This document shows positions 48,720 to 59,233 of a stretch of 64,000 nt of DNA, one piece after another. Numbering within the stretch: the first letter of the stretch is position 1; the number at the start of each line of letters is the position of its first letter. The notes beneath the pieces were generated by a model. The model was given only the letters and a program-made list of their open reading frames with translations, searched no databases and was not told the DNA's origin. This DNA comes from an uncultured delta proteobacterium (GTDB taxonomy: Bacteria; Desulfobacterota; Binatia; UBA9968). The stretch covers positions 128,001 to 192,000 of the forward strand of contig CAWJBB010000040.1 of assembly GCA_963840855.1 (NCBI GenBank), read 5' to 3'. Both the position numbers and the translations under genes were made by a program.

Positions 48720-50468
48720 TTAGTTCTTGTCCCACGCGTGCATATTCCAGGTGTTCATGTTCTGGCCGCCGGTTTCGGCGCGGGGAGTTACCCCGGTCAA
48801 TCCTTTTCTGATCGCAAGCCATTCCAACCGGTAATAAAGCGGCAGATACGGCAGATCCCGGGTGTAGAGCTTGACGAACTCCACCTGGAGATCTATCGCG
48901 CGCTCTTCGGGAATGACGGAGTTGAGTTCATCCATGATCGCGTCCGCCTGGGCATTGCGCCACAGGGAGACTGACTCGCTTGACCAGCGGTTTTCGGCGG
49001 TAGGAGTCCCTGCGCTATGGAAGCGCTCTGCCCATTCCTCAACGACGAGATTATTCCCACCCAGCATGGCCCCTGGCCAACGATTGCGGTTCTCCTCCGC
49101 ATTGAGGATTCGCTGCGGCATGTTCTTGATCTGGCAGCGTACGCCGATCTTTTTCCAGTAATCGATGATGATCGCTTGCGCCTGTTCGTCCTCCCGGCTC
49201 CCCGCCTCCGTGCGAAACTCAAACTCCATGCGCTCGCCCGCGGCGTTCGCCAACACTCCGTCGGGACCCAGCTTGAATCCCGCTTCCGCAAGAAGCTGCT
49301 TCGCCTTCTCTATGTTGAAGTCATACTTCGCAGCCGCCGCGTCGGCCCGCTTATACGCCTTGCGGAATGGCGACATCGGAAAGTGAATCGCGGGCGCGAA
49401 ACCTTTGAAGAGATTCTTCACCATACTATCACGGTCGATGGCATGGAGGAGCGCGCGCTTCACCCGGACATCATTGAAAAGCGGATTGGTCCCGCTCAAA
49501 TTCACCCAACGGAAAGTAACCGGCCGGATGCTCACCGTTCCTAACCCCTTCGCTTCCCATTGATCTTTGAGGACCATAGCCCCGTCGAAGGAAATGGTAT
49601 CGCGTAGCGCCAGGTCGACTTCCCCGGCAAGCATCGCGGAAAGGGCGGTATTACTGTCCTCCACGACCCGGTAGGTAACCCGGTCGATCTTCGGTTTTCC
49701 CATCATATAATAAGGATTGGCTTCGACTTCGATCTGCGCGCCGCCACCCCAATCCAACAGCCGGTAGGGCCCCGTGCCAACGAACTTCTGGTTCCAGAAA
49801 GCATGCCGGGTCAAGGCATTGATGTCTCCGCCGCGAAAGGCATCCTCCAGGATGTGCCTGGGCCACGCGCGAAGTTGCTGCTTCTGAATGGCGTGGGCCT
49901 CGTTATAAAGCCCCTTCCAGTGAATCACGATTGTGCGATCGTCGGGAGTCTCGATCTTCTCGATCAGGTCGGGCACGAGCCGGTCGCGCAAGGGAAATTC
50001 CGGATGTTGGTGCACCTCCCAGCCGAACTTGTAGTCGTGGGAGGTATGCGGCTTGCCGTCGTGCCACCTCAATCCGGAACGCAGGCGATAAACGGTGACC
50101 ATCGTTTTCTTTTGTTTATCGATCTTCCATGTCCCTTTCTTGACCGACGGCAGCTCCGCGGCAAGCCACGCAAAGCGTTCCATCGTCACAGGGTGTTGCC
50201 CGGCAAGTCCGGCATCGACAAGACCTGTCAACTCGGTGTCTGAACGGCCGTGGTTGGCAAACCCGGCGGTGCGCCTGCCGCCCATAATTACAATTTTTTT
50301 CTGACCGACCTGCGCCGCAGCCGACGGATTCGTCCAGGCGGAGAAGGCAAGGCTCATAGCAGCGGCGCTGGAACGTGACAAGAAGTTGCGCCTGGTGAGT
50401 AATCTATTTTTACGCTTGCCATAATTACTCTCCTTAATAGGATCCCAACTTGGATTCTCACCTTTCAA
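48720..50468 (-). CDS. Peptide ABC substrate-binding protein (SBP family 5), Tat signal
   Basis: TRRNFL; LRWHDGKP, GTGPY, RVKRALLHAIDR and LPYLPLYY. Confidence 0.9.
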   Translation of the reverse strand: MKGENPSWDPIKESNYGKRKNRLLTRRNFLSRSSAAAMSLAFSAWTNPSAAAQVGQKKIVIMGGRRTAGFANHGRSDTELTGLVDAGLAGQHPVTMERFAWLAAELPSVKKGTWKIDKQKKTMVTVYRLRSGLRWHDGKPHTSHDYKFGWEVHQHPEFPLRDRLVPDLIEKIETPDDRTIVIHWKGLYNEAHAIQKQQLRAWPRHILEDAFRGGDINALTRHAFWNQKFVGTGPYRLLDWGGGAQIEVEANPYYMMGKPKIDRVTYRVVEDSNTALSAMLAGEVDLALRDTISFDGAMVLKDQWEAKGLGTVSIRPVTFRWVNLSGTNPLFNDVRVKRALLHAIDRDSMVKNLFKGFAPAIHFPMSPFRKAYKRADAAAAKYDFNIEKAKQLLAEAGFKLGPDGVLANAAGERMEFEFRTEAGSREDEQAQAIIIDYWKKIGVRCQIKNMPQRILNAEENRNRWPGAMLGGNNLVVEEWAERFHSAGTPTAENRWSSESVSLWRNAQADAIMDELNSVIPEERAIDLQVEFVKLYTRDLPYLPLYYRLEWLAIRKGLTGVTPRAETGGQNMNTWNMHAWDKN

Positions 50469-50499
50469 ATGTTCAACAGAGCCACTTCAAGAAAATTTA

Positions 50500-50576
50500 T
50501 CGCGCCAAGACGCCAAGCACGCAAAGTAAGACATTTTCCTATCCCTAGAACTTGGCGAGCTTTGCGCCTTTGCGCG
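50500..50576. repeat. Nonamer (CGCCAAGNN) inverted repeat
   Basis: cgcgccaagacgccaagcacgcaaag...cttggcgagctttgcgcctttgcgcg. Confidence 0.8.
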
Positions 50577-50634
50577 AGTCATCTTTTTTCCGACTCTGTA
50601 ATCCGACACCTACCGAAATTTCAAATATCTTTGG

Positions 50635-52365
50635 CTAGGTCTTATCCCATTTGTGCATGTTCCAGGTGCTGGCGTTCTGTCCGCCGGTTTCCTGCCGTGG
50701 AGTAATGCCCGTCAATCCTCGCTTGGCGACGAGCACCTCCGGACCGAAATAAAGCGGATGCAGCGGCAGGTATTCGCTGAACAACTTGACAAACTCCAGC
50801 TGCAATTTTTCGGAACGCTCCGGTGTAATAATGGAGTTCAACTCGTCGAGGATGGCGTCTTTGCGCGGATCGTTCCAGCCGGAAACGTTTTCCGTGGCGT
50901 ATTTGTTCTCCGCCGTGGGGATGTTCTTGGTGTGAAATCGTTCGGCCCACTCCTCCACCGTCACGTTGTGCGTCCCGATATAAGCGCCGGGCCAGCGGTT
51001 GCGGTTTTCCGCGGCGTTGAGCAGCCGATTGGGCAGGTTCTTGATATTGGTGCGCACGCCGATTTTCTTCCAGAAATCGGCAATGACCGCTTGCGCCTGT
51101 TCATGCTCGCGCCGTCCGGCCTGGACGCGGAAGTCGAATTCCATGCGCTCGCCCTTGTCATTGACCAGCACGCCCTCTGCTCCCGGCTTCCAGCCGGCGT
51201 CGGCGAGGAGCTTCTTGGCCCGCTCGGGGTCGTATTTGTAGATGGTCGCCGTCGCCATCGCTTGCTTGTAGCTCTTGCGGATGCGCGAAAGCGAAAAATG
51301 CGAGACCAGCTTTTCGCCTTTAAAAATACTCTGAACCATCGCCTCGCGGTCGATGGCGTGCATCAAGGCGCGGCGCACGCGCACGTCGCTGAACCACGGA
51401 TTGTCCCGGCTCAAGTTGAGCCAGCTCCAGGACGCGGGGCTAATATAGACCTTCCCCTTTCCTTGTTTCTCCCACTGGTCGCGCAGAATCATGGCGCCAT
51501 CGAACGAGATCGTGCTGCGCATGCAAAAATCCACCTCGCCGGCGAGCACGGCGGCAAGGTTGGTGTTGGAGTCGTCGACGACACGGACGGTGACCCGGTC
51601 GATCTTGGGCCGTCCCAAAGCAAAGTCGTTGAACGCCTCGAGCTCCATGCGGTTCCCGGCATCCCATTCGACCACGCGATAGGGGCCGGCGCCGACGAAG
51701 GTCTTATTCCAGTTGGGCAGGTTGGCAAACGTCTTCATATCGCCGGCGTTGAAAGCGTCTTGCAGCAGGTGGCGCGGAAAAGCGCGCACATGGGTGTACT
51801 GCACGGCGTAGGCCTCGTTATAGAGATCGTTCCAGTGGATCACGATGGTGCGGTCGTCGGGCGTTTCAATCTTGGAAATCAAATCGGGCACCAGCCGATC
51901 GGGCATGGGAAATTCCGGATGTTTGGCGATCTGCCAGCCAAACTCGAAATCTTTCGACGTGTAGGGCTTGCCGTCGTGCCACTTGAGCCCGGGGCGCAGC
52001 TTGTACACGGTCACCATGGTTTTTTTCTGAAGGTCGATTTTCCAGGTTCCCTTCTTGATCGAAGGCAGCTCCTCAGCAAGTATCGGCACTCGTTCCAGCG
52101 TAACCGGATTCTGGAATACCAATCCGGCATCCGCCATGCACACATGCTCGGTGTCCCGGCGGTTGTGATAGGCGAGACTGGTGATCTGGCGCTCGGTATG
52201 AATGACGATGCGCTTCCTTGCCGGCTGCGCCGCAATCAGAAAACCTTGGGGCTGGGACATAGAACCGAAAGCAACCGCCGACGTTCCCGCCAGGCGCAGA
52301 AATTGACGCCGGGATAATGCTTTGCCGTTCGCTGTCGCTGTCTGGGTTTTCTTCTCCTTGGACAT
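50635..52365 (-). CDS. Peptide ABC substrate-binding protein (SBP family 5), Tat signal; paralog of the adjacent SBP
   Basis: SRRQFL; LKWHDGKP, GAGPY and VRRALMHAIDR; long segments shared with 48720-50468. Confidence 0.9.
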   Translation of the reverse strand: MSKEKKTQTATANGKALSRRQFLRLAGTSAVAFGSMSQPQGFLIAAQPARKRIVIHTERQITSLAYHNRRDTEHVCMADAGLVFQNPVTLERVPILAEELPSIKKGTWKIDLQKKTMVTVYKLRPGLKWHDGKPYTSKDFEFGWQIAKHPEFPMPDRLVPDLISKIETPDDRTIVIHWNDLYNEAYAVQYTHVRAFPRHLLQDAFNAGDMKTFANLPNWNKTFVGAGPYRVVEWDAGNRMELEAFNDFALGRPKIDRVTVRVVDDSNTNLAAVLAGEVDFCMRSTISFDGAMILRDQWEKQGKGKVYISPASWSWLNLSRDNPWFSDVRVRRALMHAIDREAMVQSIFKGEKLVSHFSLSRIRKSYKQAMATATIYKYDPERAKKLLADAGWKPGAEGVLVNDKGERMEFDFRVQAGRREHEQAQAVIADFWKKIGVRTNIKNLPNRLLNAAENRNRWPGAYIGTHNVTVEEWAERFHTKNIPTAENKYATENVSGWNDPRKDAILDELNSIITPERSEKLQLEFVKLFSEYLPLHPLYFGPEVLVAKRGLTGITPRQETGGQNASTWNMHKWDKT

Positions 52366-52506
52366 ACGACACCCCCTATGTGTTGCGTTCATACAATTAA
52401 GCAGAGAACGATGTCAATCCGCGCCCGATAAATCTCATTTATCCTTGATTCACAATCACACATCACTTAGGATGCGGCCAGATTTCTGGCAGGAAGGACG
52501 CAATCT

Positions 52507-53448
52507 ATGCAGAGCACGGCAGCAACCCTACCTTCCGCTATGTTGGAGACCGGGTCGGTCATTTATCAGGCGAAGCTCATCGACGTGAACGGCATAAGAA
52601 CCCGCTATTACGACGAGGGCCAGGGCGAGGTGATGTTGATGATTCACGGCTCGCGCTTCTCGCCCTGGGGCAGCGCCAATACCTGGACGCGAAACATCGG
52701 CGGCCTGTCGAAACGATTTCGCATATTGGCGCCGGACAAGCTCTGCAGCGGTATGACCGACAACCCAAAAAGCCTCGACGATTTTACCCAGCATGCCATC
52801 GTGCAGCATATCTACCAGTTCATCCAGACCCTGGGAGTCAAGTCCTTTCACGTTGTCGGCCAATCCAACGGCGGTTACACCGCGGCGCGTCTGGCGCTGG
52901 AGCATCCGGACATGTGCAAGAGCTTGGTCCTCGTCGATAGCGCGACCTTGGGTCCGCCGGTGGGCGAGATATCCGAGCGCCGCAAGAAGCTCTTTGATAA
53001 CGCCCCGGCGGACCTGCGAGAATACATTCGTTTTCACTGGGGCAAGCTTTCGGTTAACACCGATAACATAACCGATGACTATCTGGATGCCGCCTATTTC
53101 ATGGCGACTACGCCCAAAGCCCGCGAGACCCTGAGACTTCTGCAGAGCGACGGGCGCGGCGAAGAGGGGCCGAATCCGGAGGCTAACGCTAGAACTTTCC
53201 CGCGCGATAAAGCGGAGACGCACCAGTGGATCTCGGCAGGACGATTGACCATGCCCGTTCTGATCACCTGGGGAGCCGATGACCCTTCGGCGATTTTACC
53301 CATCGGCATCAAACTCTTCGAGATGATCAGGGCAAAAACCAAGCATGTCGAGATGCATATCTTTAACAACGTCGCCCATTTTCATTACCGCGAAATTCCG
53401 GACCAGTGGAACCGGGTGGTCATGAACTTCATCGAAATGAACGCCTAA
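52507..53448 (+). CDS. Alpha/beta hydrolase (meta-cleavage product hydrolase-like)
   Basis: IHG, nucleophile GQSNGG, WGADDP and terminal His (AHFH). Confidence 0.9.
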   Translation: MQSTAATLPSAMLETGSVIYQAKLIDVNGIRTRYYDEGQGEVMLMIHGSRFSPWGSANTWTRNIGGLSKRFRILAPDKLCSGMTDNPKSLDDFTQHAIVQHIYQFIQTLGVKSFHVVGQSNGGYTAARLALEHPDMCKSLVLVDSATLGPPVGEISERRKKLFDNAPADLREYIRFHWGKLSVNTDNITDDYLDAAYFMATTPKARETLRLLQSDGRGEEGPNPEANARTFPRDKAETHQWISAGRLTMPVLITWGADDPSAILPIGIKLFEMIRAKTKHVEMHIFNNVAHFHYREIPDQWNRVVMNFIEMNA

Positions 53449-53464
53449 CCGTCGAGGCAGCGCC

Positions 53465-54681
53465 ATGTCAAAAAATCCTGTAGATCCATTCCAAACAGAC
53501 GAAAACGGCAATCGTCTCTTGCCTTCTTTTTCGCTGGCCGAGCGTGACCGTCGCTACGGCCGGGTGCGCCGGTTAATGGCCGAGCGAAATCTGGACTGTC
53601 TGTTGGCCCCGGCAGCCGATGTGGGCGAGCCCCAGGCGAATTCACGGTACCTTTGCCAGATCGGCGGCGTTCAGGGAGGAGCATGGGTGATCTTTCCCAG
53701 TTCCGGCGAAGCAACAGCGATTGTTGCGTCGGAGCGTGAAAGGCGCATGTGGGTGGCCAAATCTGGCGTGGCCGCAAGATATCCGCTGGGGTAATTTCTC
53801 GGACCTGGTGCCGCAACGGCTCCGCGAGCTCAACCTAGGTAAAAGCCGTATCGGCGTCACTGGCTTGCTTCAGCAATACCGCACGCCGGAAGGAACGATC
53901 CCCTTCGAAACCTGGCGTCTCATTAGCGCGGCGCTGCCCGAGGCGACTTTTACTCCCGCCAACGACGTTTTAGAGTTTGCCCGCATCGTCAAAGGGCCGG
54001 AAGAGATCGCGGTGATCCAGCGCATCACGGATGCGAACGAAGCGGCGATCGCAAGAATGATGGAAATCGCCCGGCCCGGCATGGAAGAAGGGGAACTCTG
54101 GATCGAGATGGCAAAAGTTCTAATCAGCCATACCGCCGACTATCCCGCGCGACTTTCTCTCGGTTCTAACAATAAAACCGCTAACGCCAGCAATAGCATG
54201 GGACTTGCCATCGCGATGCAAGACGGCGGCGTGCTCTGCCAGGAAATCGACGCGCGGCTGCAAGGCTACCGCGCCCAATGCAATCATTCGATACTAATCG
54301 GCAGCAAAAACGCCGATGCTTACCGGCAGGCAACGCAACATCGCCATCGAATGTTTTCAAGGAATCGTCGCTTGGGTGAGGCCGGGCAATACCATCGGCG
54401 GTCTCATAGACGAATTCGTCCGGCTCGCCGAAGCCCGCGGCGCCAAGGGCGGCGGCGTGCTCGTCCACACCAACGGCCTCGGCGCCGACCGCCCTAGAGT
54501 AGGTCCGGGTCCGGCCGCCCACGACCGGGACATCGTCATCGAGCCGGGCTTTACATTCACAGTCAAAACGCAAATAGACTTTAAAGGCACGCCCGCCCTG
54601 GTGGGCGAACCGATCACCGTGGGCGAGTCCGGCGCCCGCCGGCTCGGCCATCGAAACTTGGCGCCATACGTGACGGGTTGA
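53465..54681 (+). CDS. M24/creatinase-fold protein (indels near 53760 and 54335)
   Basis: FSLAERDRR, ARIVKGPEEI, GYRAQ and HTNGLG.DRP spread over three consecutive frames. Confidence 0.8.
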
Positions 54682-54776
54682 GACAGGCCGGACAATTTCG
54701 AGACACCATGATTATCAGATACATATTCTGTTGAATAAAACGGAAAACAACAATATAGCGGAAAAGGAGACACCTC

Positions 54777-55482
54777 ATGTCAGTCGCTTTTGAAGACCAT
54801 TGTTGGAAAGACATTATGACACCGGAGATTCTCAAGGTTTATACGCCCTATCACCGGCAAACTTTCATCGGACAAAGACCGGCGCTGTTGGCCATCGATC
54901 TTTACAATCTCGCCTATGAAGGCGGCGCCAAAGAGCCCCATGAATTGGTCGATACCCACAAGAGTTCCTGTGGCGTTTACGCTCACAACGCGATTAAGCC
55001 GACCGAGGAGCTGTTCGCTTTGGCGCGTTCGCTGAAAATCCCGGTCTTCTACACCACCACCGAAACCCGCAAAGAAGCGAAACCCGACGCCGTTTACGCC
55101 ACCAACCGCCAGCGGGTGAAGATCGATCCCCAAGCGTTCGAGATCAAGGAAGAGTTCAAACCTCAAGTCGGCGATGTAGTCATCTTCAAGGAACGCGCCA
55201 GCGGATTTTTCGGCACGCCTCTGGTGGCCCATCTTACCCAATTGGGCATCGATAGCTTGATCGTCTGCGGCGAAAGCACCAGCGGCTGCGTGCGCGCGAG
55301 TTGCGTGGATGCGTATTCATTGGGCTACCACGTGTCCATCGTCGAAGAAACCGTCTTCGATCGAAGCATTCTTTCCCACAAGGTCAATCTCTTTGATCTG
55401 CATCACAAGTATTCGGACGTCATGACCTTGGACGAAGTGAAGGACAAGTCTCAAACAGGAACGGCCCCGAAAATCGAATTAA
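54777..55482 (+). CDS. Isochorismatase/cysteine hydrolase (maleamate amidohydrolase-like); +1 indel near 55449
   Basis: ALLAID, KERASGFFGT and GESTSGCVRAS triad; the re-framed end stops at 55480-55482. Confidence 0.85.
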
Positions 55483-55492
55483 ATATTAAACT

Positions 55493-55605
55493 CGTTCAAG
55501 CAGTTCAAAACGTTCAAGTCGTTCAAGTCGTCAGACGCACCAAAAAGAACCGCCCGAGCCGATTTGAACGATTTGAACGGAGCGAAGCGATTGAACGGTT
55601 TGAAC
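55493..55605. repeat. Nonamer GTTCAAGNC inverted repeat
   Basis: gttcaagcagttcaaaacgttcaagtcgttcaag...ttgaacgatttgaacgg...ttgaacggtttgaac. Confidence 0.8.
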
Positions 55606-55620
55606 CTCCCCGAATAAACC

Positions 55621-56421
55621 ATGCCTTACAGCAAATCGAATGGCGTTAAAATTTACTATGAAGTCTCCGGCGCCGGGTTCCCGTTCGTGATGATTCACGC
55701 CAACCCCTTCGACCACAATCTGTGGATGTACCAGATCGCCCGCTTCTCGACCTATTTCAAAATCATCGCGGTTGATATCCGCGGCTATGGCCGCTCGGAC
55801 AAACCGGAAACGCCTTTCAGCCTCAAAGATATGGCCGATGATGTCTTGGGCGTCTGCCGCGATGAAGGGATCAAGGAAGCCATCGTCGGCGGCGTCAGCG
55901 TCGGCTCGGGCATGGCCCTGCTGATGGGTCTGGATCATCCGGAATTGTGCAAGGCGTTAATTCTCGTCGGCGGCAGCAGTGGTCCCGGTGGCTCGATTGA
56001 CGATCGCATTCACGGCTACACTAAAATCGGCGTGGAAAAATATCACATCCAACATCTCAAAAAATTGGTCGCACCGGGCTTTCCTGAAACAAAACTTGGA
56101 AAATACTTGCTTAACACTTTCGTCGAACGCGACCCCTGGCTTTCCGGCGAGTCCATCGGCCAGATTTTCCGCGCCCGCGGCGGCACGGACATGACGCCTA
56201 GACTAGGCACGATGAAAGTTCCGACCCTGGTGATCAATGGCGAATATGACAATTCACTCAAGGGCGGACGGCTAACTGCGTCGCTAATTCCCGGCGCGGT
56301 GCACAAAATTCTCCCCGAAACCGGCCACGCATGCAACATCGAAGACCCGGCTGGTTTCGACGAGTTCGTTATCGAGTTCTTGACGTCCCACAATCTGATG
56401 CCGGCAAAACCGAGTCGGTAA
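55621..56421 (+). CDS. Alpha/beta hydrolase
   Basis: DIRGYGRS, GVSVGS, INGEYD and GHACNIE. Confidence 0.9.
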   Translation: MPYSKSNGVKIYYEVSGAGFPFVMIHANPFDHNLWMYQIARFSTYFKIIAVDIRGYGRSDKPETPFSLKDMADDVLGVCRDEGIKEAIVGGVSVGSGMALLMGLDHPELCKALILVGGSSGPGGSIDDRIHGYTKIGVEKYHIQHLKKLVAPGFPETKLGKYLLNTFVERDPWLSGESIGQIFRARGGTDMTPRLGTMKVPTLVINGEYDNSLKGGRLTASLIPGAVHKILPETGHACNIEDPAGFDEFVIEFLTSHNLMPAKPSR

Positions 56422-56455
56422 GCGCAAGCTTTCAACTTTGCCCTTTGCAGGAGGA

Positions 56456-57016
56456 ATGGTCATGCCAATCAACGTCGAAAAACTCAAAAGCATGACTCCT
56501 CCCAAGGGCATGGATTTTCATATCGCCAAAGTCGGCCACGTGGTATTGCAAGTGGCCGATCTCGAGCGCGCCGCCGCTTTCTACACGCAGGTGCTCGGCT
56601 TCAAAGTCTCCGACGTTTACCCCGAAGAGATGATGCCCGGCGGCATGGTGTTTTTGCGCTGCAATTCGGACCATCACTGTCTGGCCTTGGTGGGGCAAGG
56701 CGACGGACAAGCAGCGCATAGAGAGTTGCACCATCTCGCCTTCGAAGTGCCGACCCTCGCCGAAGTGCTCCGCGCCCGAGAACGGCTGCGCGCGTGCGGC
56801 GCAACAATCGACTTCGAAGGACGGCGGCGCGCGGGTTGCCAGATCGCCGTGGAGTTTCGCGACCCGGACAACCACTCTTTGGAAATTTACTGGGGCGTCG
56901 ATCAAGTGGGGAGCGATGGGCGCGTGCGGCCGTCCAACCAATGGCATGGAGTGAAATCACTCGAAGAGGCCATCGCCAATCCCGTTCCCGGACAGGACAC
57001 TCATATTCCTAAATGA
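56456..57016 (+). CDS. VOC family protein (extradiol dioxygenase-like)
   Basis: GHVVL, FLRCNSDHH, LHHLAFE and FRDPDNHSLEIY. Confidence 0.9.
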   Translation: MVMPINVEKLKSMTPPKGMDFHIAKVGHVVLQVADLERAAAFYTQVLGFKVSDVYPEEMMPGGMVFLRCNSDHHCLALVGQGDGQAAHRELHHLAFEVPTLAEVLRARERLRACGATIDFEGRRRAGCQIAVEFRDPDNHSLEIYWGVDQVGSDGRVRPSNQWHGVKSLEEAIANPVPGQDTHIPK

Positions 57017-57963
57017 ACTCCCGCGACGCTTCTCTCGAAGATATCATTCGCGCCTCGTCACGGGCACTGGTGATCGGCGTGGGCGGCGGCGGTGACGTGG
57101 TGGGCGCCTTGGCCTGCGCGCGCTTTCTCGAATTCTGCGGCTTGGAATGCGTTCTTGGCGGCCTATCGTGGGAGCGCTACGTCTACGACCCGGTTCCCGG
57201 GCCACGCAAACTGAGCGAAGTGGAAAACGTGCGCGCGCTGCACGAATATGCATGGATGGCCAACGCCGCCACGCGCACCAACACCGGCGTTTACTTTGCA
57301 GAATCGAAGATGGCCGCGGCGCGCAATACCGAAGTCTTGCTGGTAGATATCAACGGCGGCGCACCGGGCGTCGTAGCGGGATTGGAAGCCGCCATGACAG
57401 AATTCAACATCGACCTGCTCGTCGGCCTCGACGTCGGCGGCGATTCCCTCGCCCAAGGCCACGAGGCCGGCTTGCGTAGCCCGCTGGCCGATTCGGTCAT
57501 GCTGGCGGCCTTCGCCGAGATGGAAAAACGCGGCCGGCGGACATTATGGGGCGTGTTCGGCTACGGCAGCGACGGCGAGTTGACCGTCGATGAAATCGAG
57601 CTGGCGCTGAGCAAAATCGCGGCGGCCGGTGGATTACTCGGCTGTTGGTCGCTCACGCCGAAGATCGCCGCGGAGTTGGCGGAAGTCATCAAAACGGTTT
57701 CCACGGAAGCCAGCGCGATCCCTGTACGGTGCTTCCAGGGTGCGTGGGGTGAAACCAACATTCGCAGCGATCAAAGAAAGGTAAAACTCACGCCGCTGAC
57801 CGCCCTCACCTTCTTCATTGCCACAACGAAGCTCCTCGATACCCTCGCGCGGCCGGCCCGTGCCGTGCTCCACAGCTCATCCCTGGAACAGGCCAACGAC
57901 GCGCTCCATGCCATCGGCATCAAGACGGAGCTCGACCTGGAACGGGAAAAATACCAGCCATAG
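57013..57963 (+). CDS. DUF1152-like protein
   Basis: GVGGGGDV, DVGGDSLA.G.E..LRSPLAD and GYGSDGEL; ATGA overlap with the VOC gene. Confidence 0.75.
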   Translation: MNSRDASLEDIIRASSRALVIGVGGGGDVVGALACARFLEFCGLECVLGGLSWERYVYDPVPGPRKLSEVENVRALHEYAWMANAATRTNTGVYFAESKMAAARNTEVLLVDINGGAPGVVAGLEAAMTEFNIDLLVGLDVGGDSLAQGHEAGLRSPLADSVMLAAFAEMEKRGRRTLWGVFGYGSDGELTVDEIELALSKIAAAGGLLGCWSLTPKIAAELAEVIKTVSTEASAIPVRCFQGAWGETNIRSDQRKVKLTPLTALTFFIATTKLLDTLARPARAVLHSSSLEQANDALHAIGIKTELDLEREKYQP

Positions 57964-57982
57964 CCGAAAGACCAGCGCTTCG

Positions 57983-59209
57983 ATGTTGAAAAACTTACAA
58001 CGGGACCTTTTGGTCTTGATGATTTCGCGCGGTGTTCGGGCGTTCGCGTTTTCCTACCTGAGCGTAGTCTTCGCCATCTATCTCAATCAACTCGGCTACT
58101 CCACGGTTACGATCGGCCTGGTCATCTCCACCGCCTCCGCCAGCGGCGCGGTGCTGACTGCGCTGTGGGGATTTTTGTCGGACCGCTATGGACGCAAGAA
58201 TATCCTCATGCTGCTGGCCCTGCTGACAACGGTTTCCAATACCATCTACGTCTTCTTCAGCCAGCTGTATTTTATTTTTCTGGCGGTGATCATCGCCAAC
58301 GTGGGAACGGGAGGATCGGGGGGAGGCGGACAGGGCGGCGGGCCCTTCAATCCCGTCGAACAGGCTCTGTTGGCGGAGAAATGCACGCCGGAGAACCGCA
58401 ACCGGATCTTCTCCACCAACGCCTTCGTCGGTTCCGTGATGGGCTCCCTGGGCGCGTTGGTGAGCGGTCTGCCGGAGTATCTACAGCACCAGTGGAATTG
58501 GCAGCCGGTGGCGTCGTTTAAGCCACTCTTCGCCTTGACCATACTTTTTAGCATCGTTCTCTTTTTCGCCTATGCGAGCATCGACGAACATCATGTTCCT
58601 CTCAAACGGCAGAACAGGGTGCGAAAACCCATCAATCGTTTCGTCCTCAAGATCTCTCTGCTCGGCATGATCGACAATCTCGGCGCCGGCTTGATCGGTC
58701 CGCTGCTGTCTTATTGGTTCTATCTGCGCTACGGCGTGGAACTCAAGTCCCTTGGCTTGATGTTTTTTCTCTCCTACCTCTTGGCGGCGCTGTCATTTCT
58801 ATGCGCCCCGGTGTTCGCCCGTCATCTGGGCGTGGTAAAAACCATGGCCCTTTCCCACGGCGCGGCGTCGCTGATCTATTTATGTCTGCCGCTGGCGCCG
58901 ACTTTCTCCGTCGCCGCCGCGCTGACCATCCTTCGCTCTTTCCTGGCTTACATGGACAACCCTTTGCGGAACTCATTCGTCATGGGGATCGTTCGCCCGG
59001 AAGAAAGAGGCTCGGCGGCCGGCATCACTACCCTGTCGCGCCACGTGCCGGTGGCCGTCAGCCCGACGCTGTCGGCGTATATGATGCAAGCCTTCGCGTT
59101 GAACGTGCCGATCTTTTTGGGCGGCTTTTTGCAGCTCGCTCACGACGTCATTTTCTATTACCTCTTCCGCGCCGTTAAACCGCCGGAGGAACAGCCGTCG
59201 AAAGCATAG
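57983..59209 (+). CDS. MFS transporter
   Basis: GFLSDRYGRK motif A; GGGPFNPVEQ; multiple TMs. Confidence 0.9.
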   Translation: MLKNLQRDLLVLMISRGVRAFAFSYLSVVFAIYLNQLGYSTVTIGLVISTASASGAVLTALWGFLSDRYGRKNILMLLALLTTVSNTIYVFFSQLYFIFLAVIIANVGTGGSGGGGQGGGPFNPVEQALLAEKCTPENRNRIFSTNAFVGSVMGSLGALVSGLPEYLQHQWNWQPVASFKPLFALTILFSIVLFFAYASIDEHHVPLKRQNRVRKPINRFVLKISLLGMIDNLGAGLIGPLLSYWFYLRYGVELKSLGLMFFLSYLLAALSFLCAPVFARHLGVVKTMALSHGAASLIYLCLPLAPTFSVAAALTILRSFLAYMDNPLRNSFVMGIVRPEERGSAAGITTLSRHVPVAVSPTLSAYMMQAFALNVPIFLGGFLQLAHDVIFYYLFRAVKPPEEQPSKA

Positions 59210-59233
59210 CGCGGCGCCGTAAAGACAGCCACC

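Noticed and set aside
50653-52317. 554-aa plus-strand ORF (also 5254-6414, 34500-35213, 37269-38084 and similar)
   Set aside because: Antisense shadows of well-supported genes in GC-rich DNA; no motifs
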